Below are positions 53,700-63,782 of a stretch of DNA of 64,000 nucleotides, in pieces. The translations under genes were made by a program, and so were the position numbers. Within the stretch, counting starts at the first letter, position 1. Each line of letters starts with the position of its first letter. A model generated the notes under the pieces. That model did not search any database, was not told where the DNA came from, and was given only the letters and a program-made list of their open reading frames with translations. This stretch comes from Patescibacteria group bacterium. GTDB taxonomy: Bacteria > Patescibacteriota > UBA1384 > GWA2-35-9 > JBASTP01. The DNA lies in contig JBASTP010000002.1 in the NCBI GenBank assembly GCA_049274945.1, forward strand, positions 81,216 to 145,215. The letters run 5' to 3'.

Positions 53700-53745
53700 A
53701 CTTTCCTCTACTCTACCCCCCGACGGGAAAATGCAAGAGGGCTAT
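53700..53745 (-). promoter_or_regulatory. Paralogous promoter with a 6-nt G tract in the spacer (TTGCAT-TTTCCCGTC-G6-TAGAGT, spacer 15 nt)
   Basis: The -35 and -10 hexamers, and the downstream GTAGAGGAAAG, are shared with the 52395-52445 copy. Confidence 0.5.
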
Positions 53746-54134
53746 AGTTTTTTCCAAAGTTTTTGTAAAGCGCGGTCGGAAGTAACAAAGTTATTGGTTT
53801 TAGCCTTTTTTGCCATCAGTACAATTAAACAATCATCAAAACTTACTCCGGAACTTTTTTGGTATAAATCGAGCGCCTCAAAGAGCAACTTTTTATCTTC
53901 AACCAAACAATTAGGCACACTAAGTAGCATAAAAATTCTATCCGTCAATGCTTGTTTAGATATTTTGTAGTATGTCCGCGAAGTCCACTCAAATTCGAGG
54001 ATTACCGGCAACGGCAAAAAGAGAACAAGCGATCCCTCTTGTGCTTGTTTCATTAATGTAAAAGATCTTTTGTTGACTGGCCGTTCTAAAAAATAATCAA
54101 GTAAAATATTGGTATCAAGCGCGACTGTTTTCAC
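53742..54134 (-). CDS. vapC: PIN-domain toxin VapC
   Basis: ALDTNILLDYF ... DCLIVLMA. Confidence 0.7.
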   Translation of the reverse strand: MKTVALDTNILLDYFLERPVNKRSFTLMKQAQEGSLVLFLPLPVILEFEWTSRTYYKISKQALTDRIFMLLSVPNCLVEDKKLLFEALDLYQKSSGVSFDDCLIVLMAKKAKTNNFVTSDRALQKLWKKL

Positions 54135-54400
54135 TTGCGTTTTTTTACAATCTCGAGGGCAGCGAGATATTTAGCTTGCTCAATGGCATACGAACGGGGC
54201 TTACCGTCATCATACTTGCTCAGCGAACCGGCGAGCTCTAAAATTCGAGATTCTGATTTAGGAACTGCCGTAAACCCCAAACGAGTGGGCGTCACTTCAA
54301 ATTTGGTGCCGGGCTTTACCGCCAGCTTGCGCCGCACCGCTTTAGGAACAGTAAACTGACCTTTAGAGGTAAGAGTAGTAATATATGGTTTTTCTTGCAT
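54131..54400 (-). CDS. AbrB/MazE/SpoVT-family antitoxin
   Basis: TLTSKGQFTVPKAVRRKLAVKPGTKFEV is a swapped-hairpin barrel signature. Confidence 0.65.
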   Translation of the reverse strand: MQEKPYITTLTSKGQFTVPKAVRRKLAVKPGTKFEVTPTRLGFTAVPKSESRILELAGSLSKYDDGKPRSYAIEQAKYLAALEIVKKRK

Positions 54401-54457
54401 ATTAATTCCTTACGTTTATTGTAAGTCTCCTTACGTTTTGTGTCAATAAGCTATGTA

Positions 54458-55261
54458 TTACTCAGTCCTCAAGAGATACCCGCGCTGGCGGGCGATGCGG
54501 AACATGTACATAAAGAAGGATACGGCGGCGAAAAGATATCCAAAATTTAGCCCAAACGCCCAAGCGAGCTCAGTAACCGGAATTTGACCGGTGGTAATAA
54601 CGCTACGCATGCCCTCGAACACGTGAGACAGAGGCAAAAACCCGGCAATTGATTGCAGCCACTGAGGAAACACCGAAACCGGATAAAACACCGCGGCAAA
54701 CGGCTGAATAGCAAAGGCAATCCCCCACGCCAACACCTCTGCGCCCACACCGTAGCGTAAAATTACTGCCGTAGCAAAAATGCCAAACACCCAGCCCGAG
54801 AACAATAAATTGAGCACAAACGGCAAAAGCGACGGCCCGAGTGAGAAAATATTAAAAGTGTACAATAACCACGCGATAATGCTTGTCACAATAAAACTCG
54901 CAAAAATTTTAATAAAACCGGTCGCAAGAATCCCAGCTAAAAATTCATGCTCATTGAGCGGCGTGACAAATAAATTAAACAGATTTTTTGACCATAATTC
55001 CTCTAAAAAACCGATGGAAACGCCAAGGCTTGAACGCAAGAATACTTCCCACAAAATGATCGCGCCAATAAGAAATTGGAGTACATTCGTAACAAACGTA
55101 GAATTACCAAACATCTCAGAATTGCTCAAAAATAAGGTGATAAATCCCCAAAGCACAAGTTCTAAGGTTGGCCAGTAAAAAATTTCAATGAGCCGCGGTA
55201 ATGACCTGCGATAAAGATATAAATATCTCAGCACCAGTCCAAAAATACGGCGAGTGTTCAT
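54458..55261 (-). CDS. ABC-2 type transporter permease
   Basis: Six-transmembrane profile. Translationally coupled to the upstream ATPase gene (4-nt overlap). Confidence 0.7.
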   Translation of the reverse strand: MNTRRIFGLVLRYLYLYRRSLPRLIEIFYWPTLELVLWGFITLFLSNSEMFGNSTFVTNVLQFLIGAIILWEVFLRSSLGVSIGFLEELWSKNLFNLFVTPLNEHEFLAGILATGFIKIFASFIVTSIIAWLLYTFNIFSLGPSLLPFVLNLLFSGWVFGIFATAVILRYGVGAEVLAWGIAFAIQPFAAVFYPVSVFPQWLQSIAGFLPLSHVFEGMRSVITTGQIPVTELAWAFGLNFGYLFAAVSFFMYMFRIARQRGYLLRTE

Positions 55262-55986
55262 CTTGCCTCCCGGGTTAACTCAATAAACGCTTGCTCTAAA
55301 TCCCCTTTTCCGTGGCGCCGTGCAATATTAGCCGGAGAACCCTGGGCCACAATAGCGCCATGATCCAAAAAAATTACCCGGTCTACAATTTGACGCACCT
55401 CAGCCATATTGTGTGAAGTATAGAGAATAGTAAGTTTATGACGACGGTGCAAATCTTTAAGAAGCGCGCGGACTTTGTGCGCCACCACTGGGTCAAGTGA
55501 AGCGGTTGGTTCATCAAGAAATAAAATTTCCGGGTCGTTAATGAATACTTTGGCTAAATTGAGCCGGGTTTGCTGTCCGGATGACAATTTTCCAACAAGA
55601 GTATTTTTAATGTCAGCAAGATCAAAAAGGGTAATGAGTTCAGTAATTTTTGCCCGTAAATTTGGCACTTGATAGAGATGACCAAATACAGTTAATGATT
55701 CTTGGACCGTAAGATTATAGGGCATGATAATATAGGCCGATGAAAAATTGACGCGTTGCAGAATAACCTGCCGGTCTTTCGCGATATCTTTGCCAAAAAT
55801 TTTAACGCTTCCTGAGGTCGGCTCAAGTAAGCCCAAAAGCATTTGAATCGTGGTGGTTTTACCGGCGCCATTAGGACCAAGGAATCCCAAAATCTCTCCC
55901 TCTCGCACCACAAAGGACACCTTGTCTACGGCAATGGTTTTGTCAAACTTTTTCGTGAGGTTTTTAACTTCGATGATGTTTGACAT
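55258..55986 (-). CDS. ABC transporter ATP-binding protein
   Basis: Walker A GPNGAGKTT, signature LSSGQQ, Walker B ILFLDEPT. Confidence 0.85.
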   Translation of the reverse strand: MSNIIEVKNLTKKFDKTIAVDKVSFVVREGEILGFLGPNGAGKTTTIQMLLGLLEPTSGSVKIFGKDIAKDRQVILQRVNFSSAYIIMPYNLTVQESLTVFGHLYQVPNLRAKITELITLFDLADIKNTLVGKLSSGQQTRLNLAKVFINDPEILFLDEPTASLDPVVAHKVRALLKDLHRRHKLTILYTSHNMAEVRQIVDRVIFLDHGAIVAQGSPANIARRHGKGDLEQAFIELTREAR

Positions 55987-56027
55987 GAGTTCCTTTCTCA
56001 GATTTTTCGTAAGTTGGGTGTTGGCGA

Positions 56028-56147
<120 letters not shown>

Positions 56148-56310
56148 AAAGGTGGGTTGCTCTCTCTCGGAATGAATCCCAGAGTTGGAACAGGTAAGCA
56201 TTTGACCGATTAGTACGCCTTGGCTCAAACCCTTGCGGGTCTTCCACCTAGCGCCTATCAAGGTCGTGGTCTTCGACCGGTCTATAACGAAGTCTAATCT
56301 TGGGGAGGGC

Positions 56311-56341
<31 letters not shown>

Positions 56342-56419
56342 GCCCGAGCATAGCTACCCAGCACTGCCCTTGGTAGGACAACTGGTACACCAGAGGCTCG
56401 GCTCCTCCGGTCCTCTCGT

Positions 56420-57165
56420 CACGTACTCTTCTATCACTAGAAGCGTAGACTATATCTTCACCCACCTTAGGCGGGGCCGGCATATTAGCTGCCTTTCGGC
56501 AACTCTCAAGCAGATGCTTTCAGTCGTTACGGGGTCAAGCCTAAAACCTCATATAATTCGTCTTTGGTTTTCTTTCTTCGAGTGACGTAGTTTTGCTGCT
56601 GCACACTCAGTATTAAATCAACCAGGTATCTCTTCTCTCTAGGAATCAAACGCAATTCACCTTTTTGAGAGAGTAGTATTGCTGCCTTGTAGATGGCTCT
56701 CGCCTGGATTTTTTTGAAACGGATATATGGCAATAATTTTTTAAGAATTCGTGCCACCTGTTGAAAACCATTAATCCGTAATTCAGTAATACCATCATTT
56801 CGGCGCGAGATATATCCGATCTTGATCCTTTTCTGAATCCACATTAACGGTTGTTCATGACGGCTATCTTGGTAAAAACAGATCGTAACCATGAATCTGT
56901 GACCAAGATTGCCATCTTTCCGTTTCTTGACTTGAAGCATTAAGCTCCCGTCACCATCAAGAAAACCAGCAATATATGCAAAATGAGTTGTAGACTGACT
57001 TCCCACGGTATTGTCTTAACTGGTTTGTGGTCCTCAAGTTAATTGTCTCACAATTTGCTGACCGAAGCAAACTGCCTGCAATGCACTAACCACTATTCCA
57101 ATTAAGATTCCACCGTTATAAGCCGGATTGTCATGCTCGATTGCTCGAACAAGTAGCAATTATTT
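56420..57165 (-). mobile_element. Group I intron D inserted inside the sarcin-ricin loop (between CCUAGU and ACGAGAGG, near E. coli U2656/A2657); carries a LAGLIDADG ORF
   Basis: Exon junction restores CTAGT|ACGAGAGGACCGG. Intron ends ...GATATAGTCTACGC...GTACGTG (terminal G), with P7-like GACTAT/ATAGTC pairing. Confidence 0.65.
56527..57006 (-). CDS. LAGLIDADG homing endonuclease (single motif, 159 aa) within intron D
   Basis: HFAYIAGFLDGDGSLML... Confidence 0.8.
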   Translation of the reverse strand: MGSQSTTHFAYIAGFLDGDGSLMLQVKKRKDGNLGHRFMVTICFYQDSRHEQPLMWIQKRIKIGYISRRNDGITELRINGFQQVARILKKLLPYIRFKKIQARAIYKAAILLSQKGELRLIPREKRYLVDLILSVQQQNYVTRRKKTKDELYEVLGLTP

Positions 57166-57216
57166 ACTAGGAGGGGAACCCCTCAGACTTCAACGCCCAC
57201 AGCAGATGAGGACCGA

Positions 57217-57564
57217 CAGTCTGTTGCTTGATAACCACATCCATAACCGAAATGTATCTGTGGCGCCCAGCACCTTTTGAATAAAAGGTACTGGATCTGC
57301 ATGTCGCCATGCAGCTCGGACTATATCTTCCTCGCCTTTTCAGGCGGGTCTAGCGTATAGTCTCTGAGGATTTCTGCATTACTGCAGATCTTTCCTGCTG
57401 ATTGTCTCCGTAGGTACAGCACCGTATGGCGCGTACCGTAGTCCAACCGGTTGCCCGTTGGAATTTTAGAGAGTTTCCAGCATATAGTCCCGACGGCCTT
57501 ACGGTGTCGGGATCCCGATCTCTTTCGAGCATCGGGACTAAATTTTGAGACAGCAAGGTTGTTT
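57217..57564 (-). mobile_element. Group I intron C, ORF-less (348 nt), inserted at GAGACAGU|UCGGUCC (peptidyl-transferase-centre A2602 region, near L2593-2604)
   Basis: Exons rejoin as ...GTCGCAAGACAGT|TCGGTCCTCATCTGCTGTGGGCG. P7-like GGGACTATATG ... GATATAGTCCG. Terminal G. Confidence 0.6.
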
Positions 57565-57664
57565 ACTGTCTTGCGACGTTCTGAACCCAGCTCACGTGGC
57601 GTTTTAACTGGCGAACAGCCAGACCCTTGGGCGCTGCTCCACGCCCAGGATACGCCGAGCCGAC

Positions 57665-58555
57665 CATGTTTCTCCATGATTACTCATGGCATAGACTATA
57701 TCACCATCCCGCGTTTGGCGGGAGTTCGGCGTCTGATCTACTATTAGAGCAGATCTCACCCGTCTCGCATTAGTTAGAGTCCTCATATAATGCGATAGGG
57801 ATCAGTCGTTACGGGGTTATTGAGAAGCAACTTTATATCGCATGATTGGGGGTATAAAGGGTCGAATGATTTTATGGAGCTTTCGTGATTCAGTATTATT
57901 GAAATACATTCGAAGACCTCTTCCTCCATCTTGATACGCTTTTGCTCGTAAACCAAAGTTTTGGTCTAAAGCTTCAATGAGTAGTTGAATGTCTTTTGGA
58001 TCGAACGCATGGGTCGAGATGCTAGATGTTTTACCTCCATTGAGGTTACCGTCATCCATATACCAAGTGGCTAATGATCGTGGCGACAACATTTCTGAAA
58101 TGTTCAACGGCACTATTTTCTTGCCGTTTCGATAAAACTGTTTGTGGATTTGCGTTAGAATGGGGTGCCGAAAGGTTCGAAACCACCAAGATTTCGTCAC
58201 GTTCTCTCCATCTAAACTAACAAATCTCTGTTGGATGCCACTCGGAGCCCATTTCTTAAATGCTCGCCACTTCCATAAAACATAATCTCTAAATTTTGCC
58301 CCATGTTCGATTTTAAAGTTTGCATTCTTTGCATCGTGACCAACCCTCATTGTGCCATCGCCCAAAAGGGAACCTATTACGATTGATTCCTGACGAGGTT
58401 TCAATCGTAGTCTTCTCTTTCGAGCAATCAACATTTTTGTTTGTGACATTGCTTCTTTGTAAACTTCCCTCGGTATTACCCTCTTTCCTAATTATATCAG
58501 GAGTAGGGCTCCACCGATATAAGCCAAATTTTTCATGCAGGATTGCTCCTGCAAG
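57665..58555 (-). mobile_element. Group I intron B inserted at CACCUCGAU|GUCGGCUC (near L2500-2504); carries a LAGLIDADG ORF
   Basis: Upstream exon follows GGGATAACAGGCTGATCGGGCCCAAGAGTCCATATCGACGGCCCGGTTTGGCACCTCGAT. Downstream exon resumes GTCGGCTCGGCGTATCCTGGG. Confidence 0.7.
57817..58449 (-). CDS. LAGLIDADG homing endonuclease (double motif, 210 aa) within intron B
   Basis: [10 protein letters not shown] and WYMDDGNL motifs. Confidence 0.8.
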   Translation of the reverse strand: MSQTKMLIARKRRLRLKPRQESIVIGSLLGDGTMRVGHDAKNANFKIEHGAKFRDYVLWKWRAFKKWAPSGIQQRFVSLDGENVTKSWWFRTFRHPILTQIHKQFYRNGKKIVPLNISEMLSPRSLATWYMDDGNLNGGKTSSISTHAFDPKDIQLLIEALDQNFGLRAKAYQDGGRGLRMYFNNTESRKLHKIIRPFIPPIMRYKVASQ

Positions 58556-58612
58556 CGACATTTCTATCGAGGTGCCAAACCGGGCCGTCGATATGGACTC
58601 TTGGGCCCGATC

Positions 58613-58649
<37 letters not shown>

Positions 58650-59062
58650 TCTAGCAGTCTCGTACCTGACTAGAGGATCACTAACTCCGCCTTTCGGCAC
58701 TGCGCGGCTTGTTTGCCTTGCAGTTAAGCTGGCATATGGGTTTGCCCTATCATCTGGATTTCCATCCCAGACTAGCCAACCTTTGAACTCCTCCGTTACC
58801 TTTTGGGAGGACGCCGCCCCAGCGAAACTACCCACCAACCACTGTTCCCCAACAAACGTCGGGGTTAGAATTTCCAATCGTCGAGAGGGGTTTTTCATGG
58901 TCGCCCTTGCGGGCTCCCCCATCACTACACACGAACAATCAAAAACTCAATGGCAAGCTGTAGTAAAGCTCCACGGGGTCTTTCCGTCTTGCTGCGGGTA
59001 CAGCGCATCTTCACGCTGATTGTAATTTCACCGGGTCCCTGGTTGAGACAGTTTCCAGACCG

Positions 59063-59647
59063 TTATGCCATTCGTGCGGGTCGGAACTTCGTGTTCACCC
59101 CACTATTACTAGTGGCACTGACTATATCTTTCAAGATAGAACGATATTTACGATTTCCACTGTTCATCTGATTAGCTAGCTGCTCAATCTTCGCCAAACC
59201 ATGTTCATTTATATGTTCGTGATTTAGCATTAAACTACAGATTTCCTTGAATAGTAGAAAGTCTCGTTGTTTCTCGGATTGTAATGGAAACTGATCGAAA
59301 AACGGGATAATTCTTTCCATTAAATCTTTTAGCGATCTTACTTCATACTTCAATGTTTTATCAGAATAATCAGGGCGGATTGAACCGCATCCAAAATGTT
59401 TCTGCATCTGAAATAATACGTTTGCTCGATCACTATTTTGACTTACCGAGAAACTCGGTCTCACTTCCCATCCAGTCTTAATTGATGCCCGAGGATTAAA
59501 TGAAACACAGAAACATCCTTCGCCATCAACATATCCCGAGATGTAAAATGAGAAATCTCGTTGTGATATTGTTCTATTTTGAGTCGGCGTATTAGTTATC
59601 ATTTTGATAACTCTCGGCCCGAAGGCCTCAGTCGATACGGGGTCCAA
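59063..59647 (-). CDS. LAGLIDADG homing endonuclease (194 aa) of intron A; its last 9 codons read across the 3' splice site into the 23S exon
   Basis: YISGYVDGEGCFCV motif. C-terminal ...VNTKFRPARMA* is encoded by the exon sequence AAGTTCCGACCCGCACGAATGGCATAA. Confidence 0.8.
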   Translation of the reverse strand: MDPVSTEAFGPRVIKMITNTPTQNRTISQRDFSFYISGYVDGEGCFCVSFNPRASIKTGWEVRPSFSVSQNSDRANVLFQMQKHFGCGSIRPDYSDKTLKYEVRSLKDLMERIIPFFDQFPLQSEKQRDFLLFKEICSLMLNHEHINEHGLAKIEQLANQMNSGNRKYRSILKDIVSATSNSGVNTKFRPARMA

Positions 59648-59757
59648 CTGTAGTGGACTTCCCTCGGTATTACCCTTCTTAATTATATCAAGAATAGGGC
59701 TTCACCGATATTAGCCGACAAGGGCAAGCGGATCTCGGCCGCACGCCGGATCCTTGT
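59090..59757 (-). mobile_element. Group I intron A inserted at CUUGUCGGGU|AAGUUCCGACC (near L1951); carries a LAGLIDADG ORF
   Basis: Exon 1 ends ...GGTAGCGAAATTCCTTGTCGGGT. Intron ends ...GATATAGTCAGTGCC...GAACACG. Exon resumes AAGTTCCGACCCGCACGAATGG. Confidence 0.7.
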
Positions 59758-60737
59758 ACCCGACAAGGAATTTCGCTACCATCGAACGGTTCATGTATGT
59801 TAACTCATGGTCTCCCATGAGATCGGACTATATCATCTCCAATGGTGGAGTCTGGCGTATAGTCTCTGAGGGTTCCCATCCCATGGGATGGGCCTTCCCT
59901 GCTGATTGTCTCCGTAGTCCAACCGCTTGCGCGTTGGAATTTTAGAGAGTTTCCAGCATATAGCCAGATTTTTGTTATCGATAACTACTAACCTTAATAG
60001 TTACCGCTGCCGTTCACTCGCGCTTAGGTTTGGAGCTCATGCACAGCTTGCGCCATGCAATCACCCCGCCCCGTAACGTACGAGCACTGGGCAGGCATCA
60101 CTCCGTATACGTCCCTCAAAGGGTTCTGCACGGAGCTAAGTTTTTGTTAAACAGTCGCCTGGAACTCGTTTGCTGCGATCCCGACTTTACGTCGGGACAG
60201 GGCATATCCCTAAGTTACGCCCGATTTTTTGCCGAGTTCCTTAACCAGGGTTTTCCCGATCACCTGAGGCTACTCGCCTCGTCCACCGGAGGCGGTTTGC
60301 GGTACGGTTACCAACTGTAGTGGCCTGCCACTTTTCTAGACGCCCGCTCCCCCAGACGCTACGTAGCCGTAGCAACATCTGAGCTTGCAAACGTGTCATG
60401 ACAGGATAGTCTATTGGTAGTGCCGGAATATTGACCGGCTGTCCTTCTCTTTTGTACAAAAATTAGGACCGACTAACCCCCCGCCGATTGCCGTTGCGGA
60501 GGAAACCTTGGACATGCGGTGGCCTGATTTTTCATCAGGCTAATACGTTACTCATGCCGGCATTCTCACTCCCATACGCTCCAGGGTCGCTTACGCTTCC
60601 CCTTCACTGCAAATGGGACGCTCCCCTACCACGCCGATGCATAGCATCGACATCCGTAGCTTCGGTAAAGGCCTTAAGCCCCGTTGAATTTTCGGCGCAA
60701 TCCACCAATCGGCCAGTGAGCTGTTACGCTATCTTTG

Positions 60738-60775
<38 letters not shown>

Positions 60776-61335
60776 GGGTGAATTACTTCCTTCTCCACTG
60801 AGGCCTTATTTAGGGACCTTAGCTGACGGTCTGGGTTGTTTCCCTTTTGACTCGTGAAGCTTAGCCCTCACGGTCTGACTAGCCGCCTCAAACCCTCGGC
60901 ATTCGGAGTTTGGTTGGATTTGACACCCGAAGGTGCCAAAATCCATTCAGTGCTCTACCTCCGAGGATGTAGCGGCCGCTATACCTATGCATATTTCGGG
61001 GAGAACCAGCTATCTCCGGGTTCGCTTGGCATATTACCCCTATCCCCAAGTCATCCCCTAGTTTTGCCACACTAGTGGGTTCGGACCTCCCCCCGACTTT
61101 CATCGGGGTTCATCCTGCTCAGGGATAGATCACCCGGTTTCGGGTCTATCCGATCGGACTCATCGCCCTATTAGGACTCGCTTTCGCTGCGGCTCGTCGC
61201 CTGAGGCGACTTAACCTTGCCCGAGCGGATAACTCGCCGGCTCATTCTTCAAAAGGCACGCCGTCACCCCGCCAAAGGCGGGGCTCCGACTCCTTGTAAG
61301 CACATGGTTTCAGGTACTATTTCACTCCCCTACCC

Positions 61336-61382
<47 letters not shown>

Positions 61383-62243
61383 GAAAGCATATTTAGCCTT
61401 AGGAGACGATCCTCCCATATTCTTCCCACTGGATTTCACGTGTCCAATGGTACTTTTCTTTGGCACTAGGCCAAAGGATCAATCACGGAGCACGACACAG
61501 TTTTGGCTACGGGGCTATTACCCGCTCTGGCCGGCCTTTCCAGACTCGTTCGCCTACCATGTTATGGCGCTTTCGATCGAGGCTCTTCCCGTTTCGCTCG
61601 CCACTACTCCGGGAATCGCAAAAGAACATTAAAGTTGACAAACGGCTGACTATAATTCAGCCGTCCACCAGCTCGAATACTCTCTTTCCCCCTAACGGGG
61701 GATGTTGCTTTCTTGTCCTCTGCTTACTGAGATGTTTCAGTTCGGCAGGTGCCCAATCCCGATATAATCGGGATTAACGCGTCTTCCACGCGCTGGGTTG
61801 CCCCATTCGGAGATCCCCGGATCAATGCTTCGTTGCCAGCTCCCCGAGGCTTATCGCAGGCTCGTACGTCCTTCTTCGGTGCTTTCCGCCAAGGCATCCA
61901 CCATGTGCCCTTATTCGCTTACCTGTTCCGACTCTGAGAGTAATCTGAGGGCGAAACCCTCGGTTTCTCCCTCAGCGCTCGCGTCGGCAAAGCCGACCCC
62001 GATGCAAAATCGGGGCTTCGCGCTCGCTGCTCCCTCTTCCGCTGTAAAAGCATTGAGGAAACGAGATTACTTTTCGGAACTTGTTACTTTTTGTTCAAGT
62101 TCAGGGTTTAAAAAAGTCCGCTCCAGGCGGACTCATTGCAATGAACTACCTAAAACATAGCCTTAGTTCATTGGAACCAGTCCTCCTGGGAAATAGCTAG
62201 TTGTTGGCGGGTAACCATATGTTGTTTTGTCTGAACCAACCCT

Positions 62244-62272
62244 ATTATCAGCCGCTACTGCGACCTTGTCAA
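62244..62272 (-). promoter_or_regulatory. Candidate rRNA promoter: TTGACA-17-GATAAT on the minus strand, about 300 nt upstream of the 23S 5' end
   Basis: TTGACA is the reverse complement of 62267-62272; GATAAT is the reverse complement of 62244-62249. The spacer is 17 nt. Confidence 0.5.
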
Positions 62273-62347
62273 CCCCTTCGACAAGCTCAGGGTTGATACT
62301 GAGCAAGGTCGAAGTATCAAGCCCTATAATTTAGCCGTTTTACGAAC

Positions 62348-63076
62348 TTACTTTACTTCGACTTCCTTGCGGACCTTCTCGACGATTTCCTTAGCTGCAC
62401 TCTGGCCACCCAAACCGAACGCGAGACCACCGGCAATGGCAAGGAGGGCAACTAAACCAGTGAAGAGGGTCTGCAGGAAGATAGTGGCAATCCCTAACTG
62501 TGACAGTGCGGCAATTATGGCAAAGGTGAGGATGGCATACTTAGTTACCGATCCTGCCAGGTCGGAGAAAGAAAGCTTCGCAGCCTGGGCGCTACCCCGT
62601 ACCACTCTCGAAAGGAAGTGGGCAAAGATTGCGCCAACAAGCAAGGTAAGCGCGGCACCGATCACGTTCGCCGAGTAGCTAACGAGACGGTCCAAGAAGC
62701 TCGAAACCTGAGGAAGCCCAAGCACCTGGGCAGCGGCAACAAATGATACCAGCATAATAATCCATTTGATGCCCGCGGCAACCAAGCCCGTGGTGTCCTT
62801 GCGGCTGTCGGCTTTCTTGATCACCTCTTCAACCCTGACTTTTTCAAAGAGGGTTTGGAGGCCGACTGCCCGGAGCACGTTATCAACCACCCACTCTAAA
62901 AACGCGGCGACAATCCACCCAACGATGACAATGAGCGCGGCGCCGATAAGAGCAGGGATAAAGTTGATGATCCGAGTGATAATATCCGACAGAGCGTTTG
63001 AAACGGCTAAACTCCAATCTGATACTGAATATGGCATAGTAGTAAAAGAATGAATAAAAATTACTAATAAGTTCAA
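62348..63076 (-). CDS. Membrane protein with conserved-transmembrane-helix repeats (MscS N-terminal-like)
   Basis: Several amphipathic/transmembrane repeats of the form ...VG.IVAAFLE.VV.N.L... 242 aa. Confidence 0.55.
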   Translation of the reverse strand: MNLLVIFIHSFTTMPYSVSDWSLAVSNALSDIITRIINFIPALIGAALIVIVGWIVAAFLEWVVDNVLRAVGLQTLFEKVRVEEVIKKADSRKDTTGLVAAGIKWIIMLVSFVAAAQVLGLPQVSSFLDRLVSYSANVIGAALTLLVGAIFAHFLSRVVRGSAQAAKLSFSDLAGSVTKYAILTFAIIAALSQLGIATIFLQTLFTGLVALLAIAGGLAFGLGGQSAAKEIVEKVRKEVEVK

Positions 63077-63152
63077 GATAACTCGACCTGGTCGCCTGAG
63101 GCGACCACCTTGTTACCTTATTCTAGTATAGCCTCCTGAGGGATGGTGTCAA

Positions 63153-63716
63153 ATGAATGGTTGCAAACCATTGTATAGATGCATTGGAAGCGGTATGATC
63201 AAACGTTGTTCTTTAAGAACTGGGGGTAAACCCATGGAAAGACGCCCTGACCGTACCATTAATCTATGGCGATCAACTAACGGAATCCACTTCCGAGGCA
63301 CAAGTACCGATGGGCAAGGCGTGACCTTCTGTCGTGTTCAACCGATCGTAAGTGATATGATAACAGAAGAAAAAAACGTCTTTGTTACTGGAGTAGATGT
63401 ACTTGCAGAAAACTTTCCCTATCTACCTGAGATGAGAGAAGGTAGCGATTTTTGTAGACAAGGTGCAATCCATAAATACCCTGGAACGTTTTATTTTCTG
63501 ACACTCTGGGATGAAAAAGGTCGTAGTGGTAACGGCGGCTATCATCTGCTTTTTGCCGTCGCCGACTTTCAAGGCCATGGGACACATATTGTATTTAACA
63601 ACCGCAACTCACTCGGGTGGCCAGATCCAAATCTTACTGCCGATGAGCTAGCGCAATGCCAAAGGATAACCCTGGAATATCTTCCCGGTGGCTTGGGACA
63701 ATTCTTCGAAATCTAA
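63153..63716 (+). CDS. Hypothetical protein (187 aa)
   Basis: ORF followed by a strong terminator. No family recognised. The start may instead be the internal MERRPDR. Confidence 0.4.
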   Translation: MNGCKPLYRCIGSGMIKRCSLRTGGKPMERRPDRTINLWRSTNGIHFRGTSTDGQGVTFCRVQPIVSDMITEEKNVFVTGVDVLAENFPYLPEMREGSDFCRQGAIHKYPGTFYFLTLWDEKGRSGNGGYHLLFAVADFQGHGTHIVFNNRNSLGWPDPNLTADELAQCQRITLEYLPGGLGQFFEI

Positions 63717-63744
63717 CTACAAACCCTCGTTCTCAACCACAAAA

Positions 63745-63782
63745 AGAACTCACGTAACGTGAGTCTTTTTTTGTGGTGTTTG
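63745..63782 (+). terminator. Rho-independent terminator (ACTCACGTAACGTGAGT plus T7)
   Basis: Hairpin followed by CTTTTTTTGTGG. Confidence 0.6.

Noticed and set aside
56405-56450. Apparent 16-nt insertion (GATAGAAGAGTACGTG) inside the sarcin-ricin loop of the 23S rRNA
   Set aside because: It is resolved as the 3' terminus of a fourth group I intron. The true exon segment TCGGTCC...CCTAGT was found at 57166-57216, and the junction restores CTAGT|ACGAGAGG exactly.
62327-62332. Perfect TATAAT on the plus strand near 62327
   Set aside because: There is no plus-strand gene for about 800 nt downstream and no matching -35 sequence. It is treated as incidental.
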